Position numbers and translations under genes: made by a program. From assembly GCA_963810095.1 (NCBI GenBank), contig CAWEMM010000007.1:288001-352000 (forward strand): a stretch of 64,000 nucleotides of DNA. The letters run 5' to 3'. The stretch's first letter is position 1. The number at the start of each line of letters is the position of its first letter. Origin of the DNA: an uncultured Chloroflexia bacterium (GTDB lineage: Bacteria > Chloroflexota > Anaerolineae > CG2-30-64-16). Below the pieces are notes generated by a model. The model was given only the letters and a program-made list of their open reading frames with translations. It did no database searches and had not been told where the DNA came from. Shown here piece after piece: positions 9,936-20,398 of the stretch.

Positions 9936-12134
9936 TCCCGTGCAGACGCGCGCGACGTCGCCCGTCAGGCGCGCGCTCCAGTTCGCGTCGATCTCGACCA
10001 GCATCTCGCCGCCGGGCATCCGCACCGTGACCGGGCTCTTGCACCGGCCCGTGCGGATCGCCGCGGCCGCAACCGCACAGCTCGAGGTGCCGGAGGCGAG
10101 CGTGTAGCCCGCGCCCCGCTCCCAGATCGCAATCTCGACCGTGTGCTTGTTCACCACCCGCGCAAACTGCACGTTGGTCCGCTCGGGATACAGCGGCAGG
10201 TGCTCAAAGCCCGGGCCGAGCGTCTGCGCCAGCGCGGTCAGCGCCTCGGCATCCTCGGGCGCTTTGCCGTCGACCTCGAAGATCACAAAGTGCGGGTTGC
10301 CCATACTCACCGCGGTGGCCGTGACTTTCCGGCCCCGGTAATCGATCTCCGCTTCCACGACTTCGTCATGATCCGTGAGCAGGCGGAGCGCCGCCGCATC
10401 AAACGAAGCGGAGCCCATGTCCATCGCGATCCTGCCGGCCGTGTCGTCCAGCATGTGCGCCGTCACGACGCCGACCGGCGTGCGGATGTCGAAGTCCCGG
10501 CTGCTTGGCAGGCCCTGGTCCCACAGGTAGCGGGCGAAAATGCGCAAGCCGTTGCCGCTCTTCTCGAACTCGCTGCCGTCGGGGTTGAAGAGGCGCAGGC
10601 TGAAGGGATCGCGTCCCACCGGCCCCCACAGCACCCCGTCCGCGCCAACACCCGCGTGCCGGTCGCACAGGCGCCGGACGGTCCGGCTATCCGGCGCGTC
10701 AGGCCAGTCGATCGGGTCGAGCACCAGGTAGTCGTTGCCGAGCGCGTCGTACTTGGCGAAGGCGCGCGTGCCAGTGAAACCCGTCTTCCGCGCCGTGGAA
10801 CCTGGTTTCTCGAGGGGCGCATCCCGTCGCACGAGATCCGCGTAGGTCTCGCGGCGCTGAATGACCTGGCTGGTCCCCTCGCGCACGAGTACGACGGCGG
10901 GCCGCCGGCTGAGGTTATAGTTGCTCGCCATGGCCAGCGTGTATGCGCCGGCCATCGGGATCGCGACCAGGTCGCCTTCGTCCAGTTCGGGCAAGGCAAT
11001 GTCGCGAATCAGGATGTCGCCGGATTCGCAGTACTTTCCAGCCAGTGTGACCGTTTCGAGACGGCGGCCCTGGCCGCCCATCACCCTGGCGGCGGTGTAT
11101 TGTGCCGAGTAGAGGGCCGGCCGGATGTTGTCGGCCATCCCGCCGTCTACGGCGACGTAGCGCCGCACCCCCGGCACCGTCTTGGACGACCCGACTTTGT
11201 ACACCGCGACGCCCGCCCGCGCCACAAGTGAACGCCCGGGCTCGATCACCAGGTGGGGCAGTTCCAGCCCGTGCTGGCGGCACGACTGGGTCACGGCCGC
11301 GCACAGGGATGCGAGGTACGGCTCTACGGGCGCGGCCGGGTCGCCTTCGACCATCGGGACGCCCCACCCGCCGCCGGGGCTCAGCTCCAGGAGCTCGAAC
11401 CCATGCGCCGCGTGCATGCTGGCCGCAAAGCTGATGAGGCGCTCGGCTGCTTCGGCCAGCGACTCGGGTTCGTAGATCTGCGACCCGATGTGCGCGTGCA
11501 GCCCGACGAGGTGGACCCCCCGCGAACGCAGCGCCTCCACTACCGCCGCTTCGGCATCGCTCACGGCGCCCTGCGCCGGCGTCATGGAGAACCCGAACTT
11601 GGTGTCTTCTTGCCCGGTCTGGATGTGGCTGTGGGTGTGGGCCTGCACGCCGGGCGCCAGCCGCAGCCAAATGGAGGCCACTGTGCCGCGTCCTTGCGCC
11701 AGGGCGTCGACCAGGGCCAGCTCGTGGAAATTGTCGACCACGATCCGGCCGACGCCTGCCGCAAGCGCCTCGTCCAGCTCGTCCACCGACTTGTTGTTGC
11801 CGTGGAAGTGGATGCGGCCCGCGGGGAAGCCGGCTCGGAGCGCGACGAACAGCTCGCCGCCCGACACCACGTCCAGGTCGAGCCCCTCTTGCTCGAAGAG
11901 CTGCGCCAGCGCGGTCGACAGATACGCCTTGGACGCGTAGGCCGCCTGGCTGGCGCCTGGGTATGCGGCGCTCAGCCCCCGGCGGTACGCCGCGGCCTGT
12001 GCCCTCAGGGTGGCTTCGTCAAAGATGTAGAGCGGCGTTCCCAGCCGCCGCGCCAACTCCTCGACGGCGAGGGCGCCGATGCGCAGGCCCTCGGGCGTCG
12101 CAAACTCTGTCGTGTCTGGCCAAAGGTGTTCCAA
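9909..12134 (-). CDS. lysA: Bifunctional diaminopimelate decarboxylase (LysA, N-terminal) / diaminopimelate epimerase (DapF-like, C-terminal) fusion
   Basis: LysA: YASKA, HFHGNNKS, HAHIGSQI, EPGRSLV, GKYCESGD, GAYTLAMASNYN. DapF: ALGNDY, FNPDGSEFEKSGNG, SMGNPHFV, TNVQF, IWERGAGYTLASGT. One uninterrupted 741-aa ORF. Confidence 0.92.
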   Translation of the reverse strand: MEHLWPDTTEFATPEGLRIGALAVEELARRLGTPLYIFDEATLRAQAAAYRRGLSAAYPGASQAAYASKAYLSTALAQLFEQEGLDLDVVSGGELFVALRAGFPAGRIHFHGNNKSVDELDEALAAGVGRIVVDNFHELALVDALAQGRGTVASIWLRLAPGVQAHTHSHIQTGQEDTKFGFSMTPAQGAVSDAEAAVVEALRSRGVHLVGLHAHIGSQIYEPESLAEAAERLISFAASMHAAHGFELLELSPGGGWGVPMVEGDPAAPVEPYLASLCAAVTQSCRQHGLELPHLVIEPGRSLVARAGVAVYKVGSSKTVPGVRRYVAVDGGMADNIRPALYSAQYTAARVMGGQGRRLETVTLAGKYCESGDILIRDIALPELDEGDLVAIPMAGAYTLAMASNYNLSRRPAVVLVREGTSQVIQRRETYADLVRRDAPLEKPGSTARKTGFTGTRAFAKYDALGNDYLVLDPIDWPDAPDSRTVRRLCDRHAGVGADGVLWGPVGRDPFSLRLFNPDGSEFEKSGNGLRIFARYLWDQGLPSSRDFDIRTPVGVVTAHMLDDTAGRIAMDMGSASFDAAALRLLTDHDEVVEAEIDYRGRKVTATAVSMGNPHFVIFEVDGKAPEDAEALTALAQTLGPGFEHLPLYPERTNVQFARVVNKHTVEIAIWERGAGYTLASGTSSCAVAAAAIRTGRCKSPVTVRMPGGEMLVEIDANWSARLTGDVARVCTGEWDTDRPD

Positions 12135-12329
12135 AGGACTCGCTCCGGAGTGACTGAGGGTGTCGCGACGTGCGCGGCCGGGAAAAGACGGCGGAAGGAG
12201 TATAGCGGCCGGGAACCGCTTGCGTCAAACTGCGCAGAACGCGGCCGGCGTATGGCTTTGGCACGGTTGGCGTTGTGCGCTCACCTGGGCTATCATGCGG
12301 AGCGAACTGTGTTGGGAAGGGAGTACCGC

Positions 12330-13698
12330 ATGACGCTCACGAAAGTGGCCTGGAAGAGTGGCCCGACCGAGGCGCCACTTCCCCCGAAGGTGCCCGGCCT
12401 GCCCGTGCTCGGCAACGCGCTCGAGCATGACGGGCGACACCCTGGCGTTTCTCGTCGAGTCGTTCCGACGCTATGGGCCGATTTTTCGGCTGAAGGCACT
12501 CGGCCGCGCGATCACCGTGATGGCCGGGATCGAAGCAAACAACTTCCTCGCCAAAGAGGGCGAAGAACACTTCGGCAGCGAGCTGCTCTTCGGCGGCTTT
12601 GCCGAGGAGATGGGAACACGCACGTTCATGGTGGCGATGGACGGCGAACCCCATCGCCGCCTGCGCAAGCTGATGCGCCGGGGGTTCTCGAAGGAGGCCA
12701 TCGGCGCCGGGATGGACCAGGTGGTCTCCGAAGCGGTCACCGAGCTACGCCGCTGGACACCGGGCGAGGAAATACCGGTCCTGCGCAAGATGCAGGTGCT
12801 CGTCGCCTCGCAGCTTGGGCTCATCACCGTGGGCAGGCGCCCGGAAGACGATTTCGACGACCTCACCCGTTTTCTCAACACCAACATGCGCGCCACGGTG
12901 CTTCGCTCGTCCCCGCGGCTCATGCTGAGCTCTCCGGCCTACAAAAAGAGCAAGGCGCGCGTCGAAGCGGTTGCCGACGAAGTGCTTGACTGGCACCTGC
13001 AGAATCCGGCCGGCGATGGCCGTGCCCCTGACTTGGTCGACGACATGCTGCAGGCGCGGACGGAGGACGGCCAGCCCTACGATCGGAACACGCTCCGGGT
13101 GTGGGCCGTCGGACCCTTCTTCGCCGGGATCGACACGGTGGCCAACACGCTCACTTTCATGATGTACGCTGCCTACAAACATCCGGCCATCCTGGAGCGC
13201 GTGCGAGCCGAAGCCAAAGCACTGCTCGGTGCGCCGCTAACAAACGTCTACGCACTGAAGGAGTGCCGGGCGCTCTATGGCCTGGTGTTGGAGACGCTGC
13301 GCCGCTATCCGGTCGCAGCCTTCACCCCGCGGATCGCCGTAAAGCCGTTCGAGTTCGGCGGCTGCCGTGTCGACCAGGGCACAGAGGTGCTGGTGGCGAA
13401 CGGCGTCACCCACATGCTGCCCGAGTTCTTCCCCAACCCCGAGGCGTTCGATATCGAGCGCTACACCGAGCCCCGCAACGAGCACCGCCAGCCGAACGTG
13501 TTTGCGCCGTACACCCTCGGCGCGCACACCTGCCTGGGCGCCGGCATGGCCGAGATCGAGATGCTGCTCACCATCGCGGCAGTCGTCAACACGCTCGACC
13601 TCGAGCTGGTGCCCCCCGACTACAGTGCACAGGTCAAGCTCGCGCCCCTGCCCAGCCTCGGCGCCGGCTTCAGAATGAAGGTCGTGCGGCAATTGTAG
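12330..13698 (+). CDS. Cytochrome P450; frameshift near 12420
   Basis: PPKVPGLPVLGN N-terminus, AGIDT I-helix, ETLR (ExxR), YTLGAHTCLG heme-binding Cys motif; RBS AAGGGAG. Confidence 0.92.
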
Positions 13699-13740
13699 GC
13701 TGATTGGGCCGTTCATCAGGAGGGGGCGCGCTCGCGGCTG

Positions 13741-14544
13741 CTATTCGCCGAGTGCGTCCCCCACAAGCGTGACCAGCAGCACCGTCAACGTGATTGCCAG
13801 GCCCGGCGCGACGCTTGTCCACGGTGCGGTCGTAAGATAGCCGCGCCCCTCATACAGCATCAGCCCCCACTCCGCTTGTGGCGGAGCAGCCCCCAGCCCC
13901 AGGTATCCGAGCGCGGCCACGCTGATGATCGCGCGCCCGAAGTCGACCGGCGCCAGCGAGAGGACCGGCCTGCTAACGTTCCGCACCAGGTGGTGGGCCA
14001 GGATGTCCGCCCGTCCGGCGCCCAGGCTGCGGGCGGCCTCCACGAACGCCGCGCTCCGCAGCGTAAGCGTGAGGTTGCGGGTCAGCCGGCCATATCCTGG
14101 GATGCCGGCTATGCCGACGGCAGCAGCCAGCGCAGGAAGCCCGGGCCCAAGCACCGCCACGATCAGCAGCGCCAGGAGCAGCGGCGGGAAAGCTAACATG
14201 AGGTCGAACAGGCCGACCCAGATTTGACCTCCCCATCCGTCGGTTAATCCTGCCACCAAGCCCGCCGCGCTTCCAAGCGTCAGCGAGACGACGACCGCGA
14301 CCGCGGCCACTGCCAGCGTGGCACGGGCACCCCACAGCATCCGGCTCAGCACGTCGCGGCCGTAGAAGTCCGTGCCGAGAGGGTGGAGCCGGGAGGGGGG
14401 CATGAGCTGGTTCGCCAGGTCGGTCGCATCCGCAGCATACGGCGCAAGCACGGGCCCGGCGAGGGCGACGGCGAGGAGAAGACCCGCCAGCACGGCAAGC
14501 AGCGTGCGTTGTGCTCTTCGCCCTGAACGCCCCTGTGCGGTCAT
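13741..14544 (-). CDS. Peptide/nickel ABC transporter permease (OppC/DppC-like)
   Basis: HPLGTDFYGRDVLSRM, EAARSLGA (EAA loop), LGYLGLG..P..AEWG. Confidence 0.9.
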   Translation of the reverse strand: MTAQGRSGRRAQRTLLAVLAGLLLAVALAGPVLAPYAADATDLANQLMPPSRLHPLGTDFYGRDVLSRMLWGARATLAVAAVAVVVSLTLGSAAGLVAGLTDGWGGQIWVGLFDLMLAFPPLLLALLIVAVLGPGLPALAAAVGIAGIPGYGRLTRNLTLTLRSAAFVEAARSLGAGRADILAHHLVRNVSRPVLSLAPVDFGRAIISVAALGYLGLGAAPPQAEWGLMLYEGRGYLTTAPWTSVAPGLAITLTVLLVTLVGDALGE

Positions 14545-15485
14545 CCGCGCCATCCGGTGCGCGGATCGAGGGCCGACGCCAGCAGGTCGGCGACGAGGTT
14601 GACCAGTACGTAGGTCAGGGCCAGCACGAGCGCGACCCCTTGCACCAGCGGCAGGTCGCGCCACAAGATGCCATCCACCAGCAGCCGGCCCAACCCGGGC
14701 CGGTTAAACACGGTTTCCGTCACGACCGCACCGCCCAGAAGGAACCCAAGCTGGAGTGCGGCGACGATGATGATCGGGCCGGCCGCATTTCGGGCCGCAT
14801 GCCGCCACATGACCCGCCGCTGGGGCACCCCGCGCGCCCGGGCGGCCATGATGTAGGGCTGGTCGAGGACCTCCTGTAGCCTCGCCCGGGTCAGTCGAGC
14901 AATCGGGCCCGCGGCAGCGTACCCGAGCACCAGCCCGGGAAGGAGCGCACTCGCGGGCGTGCCGCTGGGCGGCGGCAGCCAGCCGAACCCCACGCTGAGC
15001 AGCCAGATCAGCAAAAGCCCAGACCAATACACGGGCACCGCCACGCCCCCGACCGACACGACGCTTGCAAGGCGATCCGCCCAGCGGCCCGGGTAGGCTG
15101 CGCTGACTGCGCCGAGCGCGACGCCGAGCAACGTGGCGATGACGAACGCGACTGCCGCCAGGATTGCGGTTGCACGCCACTGTTCCGCGATCAGCTCACG
15201 CACCGGCCGGTTGTTCAGCAGGCTGCGCCCGAGGTCGCCCCGGGCGGCCCGGCCCAGCCAGTCCACGTATTGGATTGGCAGCGGCCGGTCGAGCCCAAGT
15301 TCGCCGCGCAGCGCGGCCACAGCCGCGGGCCCGGCGCCTGCGCGCGCCAGCATCGTCTCGGCCGGGTCGCCGGGCAGCAGGCGGACCAGCGCGAAGATGA
15401 CCGTCGCCACGCCCAGCACGGTGAGCAACCCGACGAGCGCGCGCCGGCCCACCACAGGCAGGAAGCCGTTTTTTGTTTCGTCCAC
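14541..15485 (-). CDS. Peptide/nickel ABC transporter permease (OppB/DppB-like)
   Basis: LPGDPA, GLDRPLPIQY, GDLGRS, YIMAARARG, ETVFNRPGLG. Probable GTG start at 15485, 7 nt after TATAAT. Confidence 0.9.
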   Translation of the reverse strand: MDETKNGFLPVVGRRALVGLLTVLGVATVIFALVRLLPGDPAETMLARAGAGPAAVAALRGELGLDRPLPIQYVDWLGRAARGDLGRSLLNNRPVRELIAEQWRATAILAAVAFVIATLLGVALGAVSAAYPGRWADRLASVVSVGGVAVPVYWSGLLLIWLLSVGFGWLPPPSGTPASALLPGLVLGYAAAGPIARLTRARLQEVLDQPYIMAARARGVPQRRVMWRHAARNAAGPIIIVAALQLGFLLGGAVVTETVFNRPGLGRLLVDGILWRDLPLVQGVALVLALTYVLVNLVADLLASALDPRTGWRG

Positions 15486-15682
15486 GGCTGCGATTATAGT
15501 GTCAGGCACGAAAAGGCGGAAGCGGTGCCCGGGCGCGTCGCGCTTGCGGCGGCGAAGGGACCGCGTGAAGCGACCCGCTATGGTTTCGGAGACAGCCGGT
15601 AGGCTGGCAAAAGGCCAACCCGCCGCGCCTATGATATACTGGCGCCATCCATCCCGGTCTTCACCCAAGGACTGCCGTCGAC

Positions 15683-17444
15683 ATGGACCCACTCGAACGC
15701 ACCCGAGACATCTACGAAGTCGTACCCGCCTATCCACCCGCGCCCCAGCCGCCGCTGCCGGCGTATGGCGACTACAGCACCCTGGAGACGATGGGCCTTC
15801 GGCTCACCGGCTTCTCGCGGGCGGCGATGAGCAGCGCGATGGCCATCACGGGCTTCAAGCCGTTTTGGCGGGCGTTGCCCGACAACATCGAGCATTTGCA
15901 GCGCACCATCAACCTGCGCGGCCCCGCGCTATATGCGCAGGCCGTTTCGGCCACGCTCGCCCTTGTCGACGATCCCCGCCCGCTCACGCCCTTCCAGCGG
16001 GCTGCCGCGCTCGTCTGGGGCCTGGTGAGCCTGCACGACGACTACTTTGCCGGGCGCCTCGCCCCCGACGCGGTTCGCGGCGAGCCGGCCGAGATGGGGC
16101 AGTACGGCAACCTCTTCGCGACCAGCGTCGTGTTCGAGGGCCGCCGGCCGCGGCTGTACAAGAGCGCGGTCGTCGACAAGATCGCTGTGCTGGTCCGCGG
16201 CCGTTTCTTCATCGTCGACATCGGGCGCTCCAGGGCCGGCGCGGCCACCGACCTGGCCGCCACGCTCGAAGCCTGTGCAGACCTGGCCGCGGAAGCGGAG
16301 GCGGAGGGACACGAGCCGACCGTCGCACTCCTGACGGCCGCGTCCGACATGACGCAGCACCGTATCATGCCCGTCCTCGCCGAGCGCCCGGCCAACGCCG
16401 AATCGCTGGCCGCGCTGCGCGACACTCTCGTCACGGTCTGCCTCGACCTCGACACGCAGCCGGGCGATCCCGGCGAGGCCGCGCTGCTGGCGCACCGGGA
16501 TAACCTCGAGAACCGCTGGTGGTATGCGAGCCTGCAGTTGGTCGTATTCGGCAACGGGCGGGCGGCAGGGGTATGCAGCTTCAGCGCGTACCTGGACGGC
16601 AACATCATGATGCGCGGCGCGGCCGAGATGGTGCGCCGGGCGGCCGGCGTGCCGGTAGAGGGCGGGGGCACGGTTGCTGCCATCCGAGAGCTGCACTGGA
16701 CGGTGGGCGAGCCCGCGATGGAGGCGGCCCAGCGCGACATCGCGCTGCTGCGCGATCCTCAGCCGCGGGCGACGTACGACTTCGAGGGATACGGTCAGCG
16801 TTTCTTCGAGACGGTCGGGCTCGATCCGGTGCCGGGTTTCGTCCTCGCGCTTGAACTGGCCACCCGCCGCCTCATCGGCAGGACGCCCCTGATGACCCAG
16901 TTCCTGGCGATGTCACGCTACCGCTGCACCGACCTGGTGACGGCGATGGTGACGACGCCCGAAGTTGAGGCGTTTGTCGAGTGCGCGGCAGGCGAAGGCT
17001 CAGACCCGGCCCGGGCGCGCGAGCTGCTGGCCGCGGCGATCGAAGGACAGAAGGCTGTCATGCCGCGAGGCCCGCAAGTCCCTCAGCTTGCAGGTCGTGT
17101 TCCGTCTTTTCATCAACTCAGACCTGTCCAAGCGCACCTTCCGGGGAGTCACGAAGCGGACGACGACCTCGCTGCTCCACAAGGCGGGGCTCTTCCGGCC
17201 CAAGCCGCGGGAAATCGTCATCTCATTTCCCGCGATCTACCCGGAGGTGCCCGTGGTGGGCCGGCCGGGTACGCGCCTGCCCTACACGAAGTACTTCGGG
17301 CTCCATTACCAGATCTGGGATGATAAGACCGTCGTGACGTTCATGCCGGGGACGCAGTGGCAGACGTCGAACGACGAGCTGGCCGCGGAGATCAAGAAGG
17401 CGTTCGCGAGGATCGGAACGATTGCAGAATCTGCCGGCAATTAG
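15683..17444 (+). CDS. Choline/carnitine O-acyltransferase family protein; frameshift near 17062
   Basis: KIAVLVRGRFFIVD, VALLTAA, TLVTVCLD, NRWWYASLQLVVFGNG..LDG, PVPGFVLALELA, MSRYR match the Carn_acyltransf fold; continues in ORF 16965..17444. Confidence 0.7.
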
Positions 17445-17448
17445 GATA

Positions 17449-17545
17449 GAATGGCCCGCTGATTGAACTGATGCGACGGATCAGCCTGATCCTAGCATAG
17501 TAAGATCATATTAATCAGTGGCATCAGTTCAATCAGCGGGCGATG
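17449..17545. repeat. Family A inverted repeat between convergent genes
   Basis: CCCGCTGATTGAACTGATGC...GCATCAGTTCAATCAGCGGG is a perfect 20-bp stem. Confidence 0.85.
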
Positions 17546-17547
17546 TC

Positions 17548-19219
17548 TCACCGGGTTATCCACACGTCGTACAGGATCGGGTTCCAGCCCTGCACGTCAT
17601 AGTTGAGCCCCTGGACCCGGCTCGTCGCCGCGTTCAGATTCACCTGGTCGCGGATCGGGAGGGTCCAGGCCTGGTCCATCACCCGGCGCTGTACCGACAT
17701 GTACCGGCTCATCCGTTCCTCGGGCTTGCTCAGCTCCTGCGCTTCGTCCAGCCACTGGTTCACCTGCGGGTCGTTCACGCGCGACCAGTTAAACGCGCCG
17801 ATGTTCTCCCCGTGGAAAAAGGTGCGCAAGGAGCTCGGGTCGGTGCCCGAGTTGCTAAACGGCACCATGTGGTGCGTCCCCTCGCGGCCCGCTTCCAGCG
17901 CGGCAGGGTAGGGCATCTGCTCCAGGTCGAGTTGAATACCTGCCGCCTTCCATTGCGACTGCAGGATCGTGCCGATGGCCGGCAGCTCGCCCCAACTCAT
18001 CAGCACGCCCTTGATCACCAGCTTCTGCCCGTCCTTGTCCAACACACCGTCGCCGTCCGAGTCGGTCCAGCCGGCCTCGGCCAGCAGCGCCTTGCCTTTA
18101 CCGGGGTCGTAAGGGAAATAGGGCGCACTCAGAATCGGGCCCATCGCCCACTTTGACACGGCAGCCAACGGCCCTGTCGCGACCGGCGACCACTCTCCGA
18201 AGATCGCCTTGACCAGGCTCGGCCGGTCCGTCAGGGTCAGCAGCGCCTGGCGCACCTTAACGTCGTCGAGCGGCGCGAGCTGCGTGTTGAGGTAGAACTG
18301 CACAGACTCGCCCGGCACCGCGACCGGGTGCAGCTCGAACCGCTGCGAGTTCGGCCCGCTGCTGATCTGCTGCGCATCGGTCGTCGGCAACTCGCCCATG
18401 ACGTCGGCCTGGTTCGCCAGCAGGGCAGGGAGACGGGTGGCTGCGTCCGCGTAGAAGCGGAACTCGATCCGGTCGAGGTAGGCCGGCCCCTGGTGGCCCC
18501 GGATTTCCGGCGCCCAGTTGTAGTCCGGGTTTTTCTCCAGTACGAGGGTCTGCCGCTCCTGGTAGCTCACGAACTTGAACGGCCCGGTGCCCACCTGGTG
18601 CAGCTGGTACTGGTCGCCCCATTGCTCGAGCGCCGCGGGCGAGGCCATGCCGAGGTACACCTGGCTCAGCCCATCGAGCAAGGGGGCATACGGCTCCTTG
18701 AGCCGGATGCGCACGGTGTACTCGTCCACCACGTCGCTGCCTGCGTAGGGACCGAGCAGGAAGACCGCCTTCTGCGACTTCGTGGCCGGGTCCGCGACGC
18801 GGTTCAGGTTGGCGACGACTGCAGCGGCGTTGAAGGGGGTCCCGTCGTGGAACTTCACGTCCTTGCGCAGGGTGAATGTATAGCTCTTGCCGTCCGGGCT
18901 CACTTCCCACTTTTCGGCCAGCGACGGGCGGAAGGCGCCGTCTTTGTCTTGCACCACGAGGGTGTCGTAGACGCTGCTCGAGCGCGATGCCTAGCTCCGA
19001 GTTGGCGTGGATGTGCGGATCGATGCCCGAGACGGGCAGCGTCAGGCCGTAACGCAGCGTGCCGCCGCTCACCGGCATGGAGGGCTGCGGCCCAGCCGTA
19101 CCGGCGCCCGCGGGCGGCGTCGTGGTGCCGAGTGGCACGCACCCGGCAATCGTGAGGGCCACGGCCAGCGCCAGGGCTGCCGGCGCGATCCGCTTCGCAA
19201 ATGCAATTGTAAGTTTCAT
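17548..19219 (-). CDS. Peptide ABC transporter substrate-binding lipoprotein (family 5); frameshift near 18985
   Basis: Lipobox TIAGC; GGTLRYG; LAEKWEVSPDGKSYTFTLRKDVKFHDGTPFNA; VGTGPF; AGWTDSDGDG. Confidence 0.92.
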
Positions 19220-19273
19220 TCCTTCATCCTGCTTGTTTTGGCGCTCGGGCCCTTCTCGGCTATACTGGCGGGC

Positions 19274-20356
19274 GTGACCAAATTGCGCACCCTGGTGGCG
19301 AGGGGCTTGCTGGCATGGTTCGTCCTCACGTTGCTCCCCTCGCTGCTGCTCGCTTCCGTCAGCCTGGATTCAGCCCTCGTCCTGCCTGCTCGCGCCAGTG
19401 GCCCTGGCGGCCACGGCTGCAAAGAGGGCAACCTGGTTCCCAACTGCAACATGGACAACTTCGTTCCGGTCGCGCAGGGCCAGGCGCCTTCGGGCTGGAC
19501 CCCCTATGTACTCCGCGGCAGCCTGGCGATGGACCCTAGCCCCGACACCTACTGGGGCGCGCCCAGCGTGCGGATGTGGTCGGACGGCGACACCTTCACG
19601 GCCGGCCTGTACACCCAGGTCGGCGGCTTGACCCCCGGCGCCACGTACTACGCCTCCATGGGGTGGGGCGGACCGACGCCCCCGGAAGACTCGTGGGGCC
19701 GCCGTCTCGGCATCGATCCAACGGGGGGCACCGATCCCAATTCGCCCAACATCGTCTGGGGCCCTATGCAGCGCGGTCCGGGCAAGGTGCTGAACGACAG
19801 CAATCCGGGCTACCCGAACATCGATGTGAGCGCAGTTGCCCGCGGTGCGACGGCCACGGTCTTTATCTGGGTCGACCACAACTACTCGACCGGTGCGAAC
19901 GAGATCTTTATCGACGCGGTCGGGCTGTATCAGAGCGCGGCGCCTGTGGTCGCGGTTGCGACGGCCACGCCGCCGCCCGCCCCGACTGCACCGCCGGCCA
20001 CCGCTGCACCGGCCAAGCCCAAGGCTACGGCGACAAAACGCCCGCCCACAGCCACAACCGTCCCGTCGCGCACCCCGACGCCGGCCGACACGGCGACTGC
20101 CGCACCCACCGACACCCCGTCGCCCACCAACACGCCGACGGTCACCCCTACGGCGACCGAGACGCTCACGCCATCCGTGACGCCGTCGTCGACCCTACCG
20201 GCACGGCCCCGGGCCACGGTCGCGCCCGCCGCCACACAGGTGGCGTCTGTCACCGAGGCCCCTGCGCAGGGTCTCCTGTTTGGCGGCATCGCCGCGCTCG
20301 CTGCGGCCGGGCTGCTGGGCGTGGTCATGTTGGGCACGCGCAGTCGTAAAGACTAG
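19274..20356 (+). CDS. Secreted, C-terminally membrane-anchored protein with beta-sandwich domain and Pro/Thr/Ala-rich stalk
   Basis: Signal peptide; RLGIDPTGGTDPNSPNIVW domain; long TATPT region; C-terminal TM plus basic tail (RSRKD). GTG start 7 nt after TATACT. Confidence 0.75.
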   Translation: MTKLRTLVARGLLAWFVLTLLPSLLLASVSLDSALVLPARASGPGGHGCKEGNLVPNCNMDNFVPVAQGQAPSGWTPYVLRGSLAMDPSPDTYWGAPSVRMWSDGDTFTAGLYTQVGGLTPGATYYASMGWGGPTPPEDSWGRRLGIDPTGGTDPNSPNIVWGPMQRGPGKVLNDSNPGYPNIDVSAVARGATATVFIWVDHNYSTGANEIFIDAVGLYQSAAPVVAVATATPPPAPTAPPATAAPAKPKATATKRPPTATTVPSRTPTPADTATAAPTDTPSPTNTPTVTPTATETLTPSVTPSSTLPARPRATVAPAATQVASVTEAPAQGLLFGGIAALAAAGLLGVVMLGTRSRKD

Positions 20357-20398
20357 CGAACTTCAGGAACCACGAGGGTGGCTCCGCGCTCTTGCGCA

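Noticed and set aside
12135-12329. Lysine riboswitch upstream of lysA
   Set aside because: The leader is short, shared with the divergent P450 promoter, and lacks L-box consensus.
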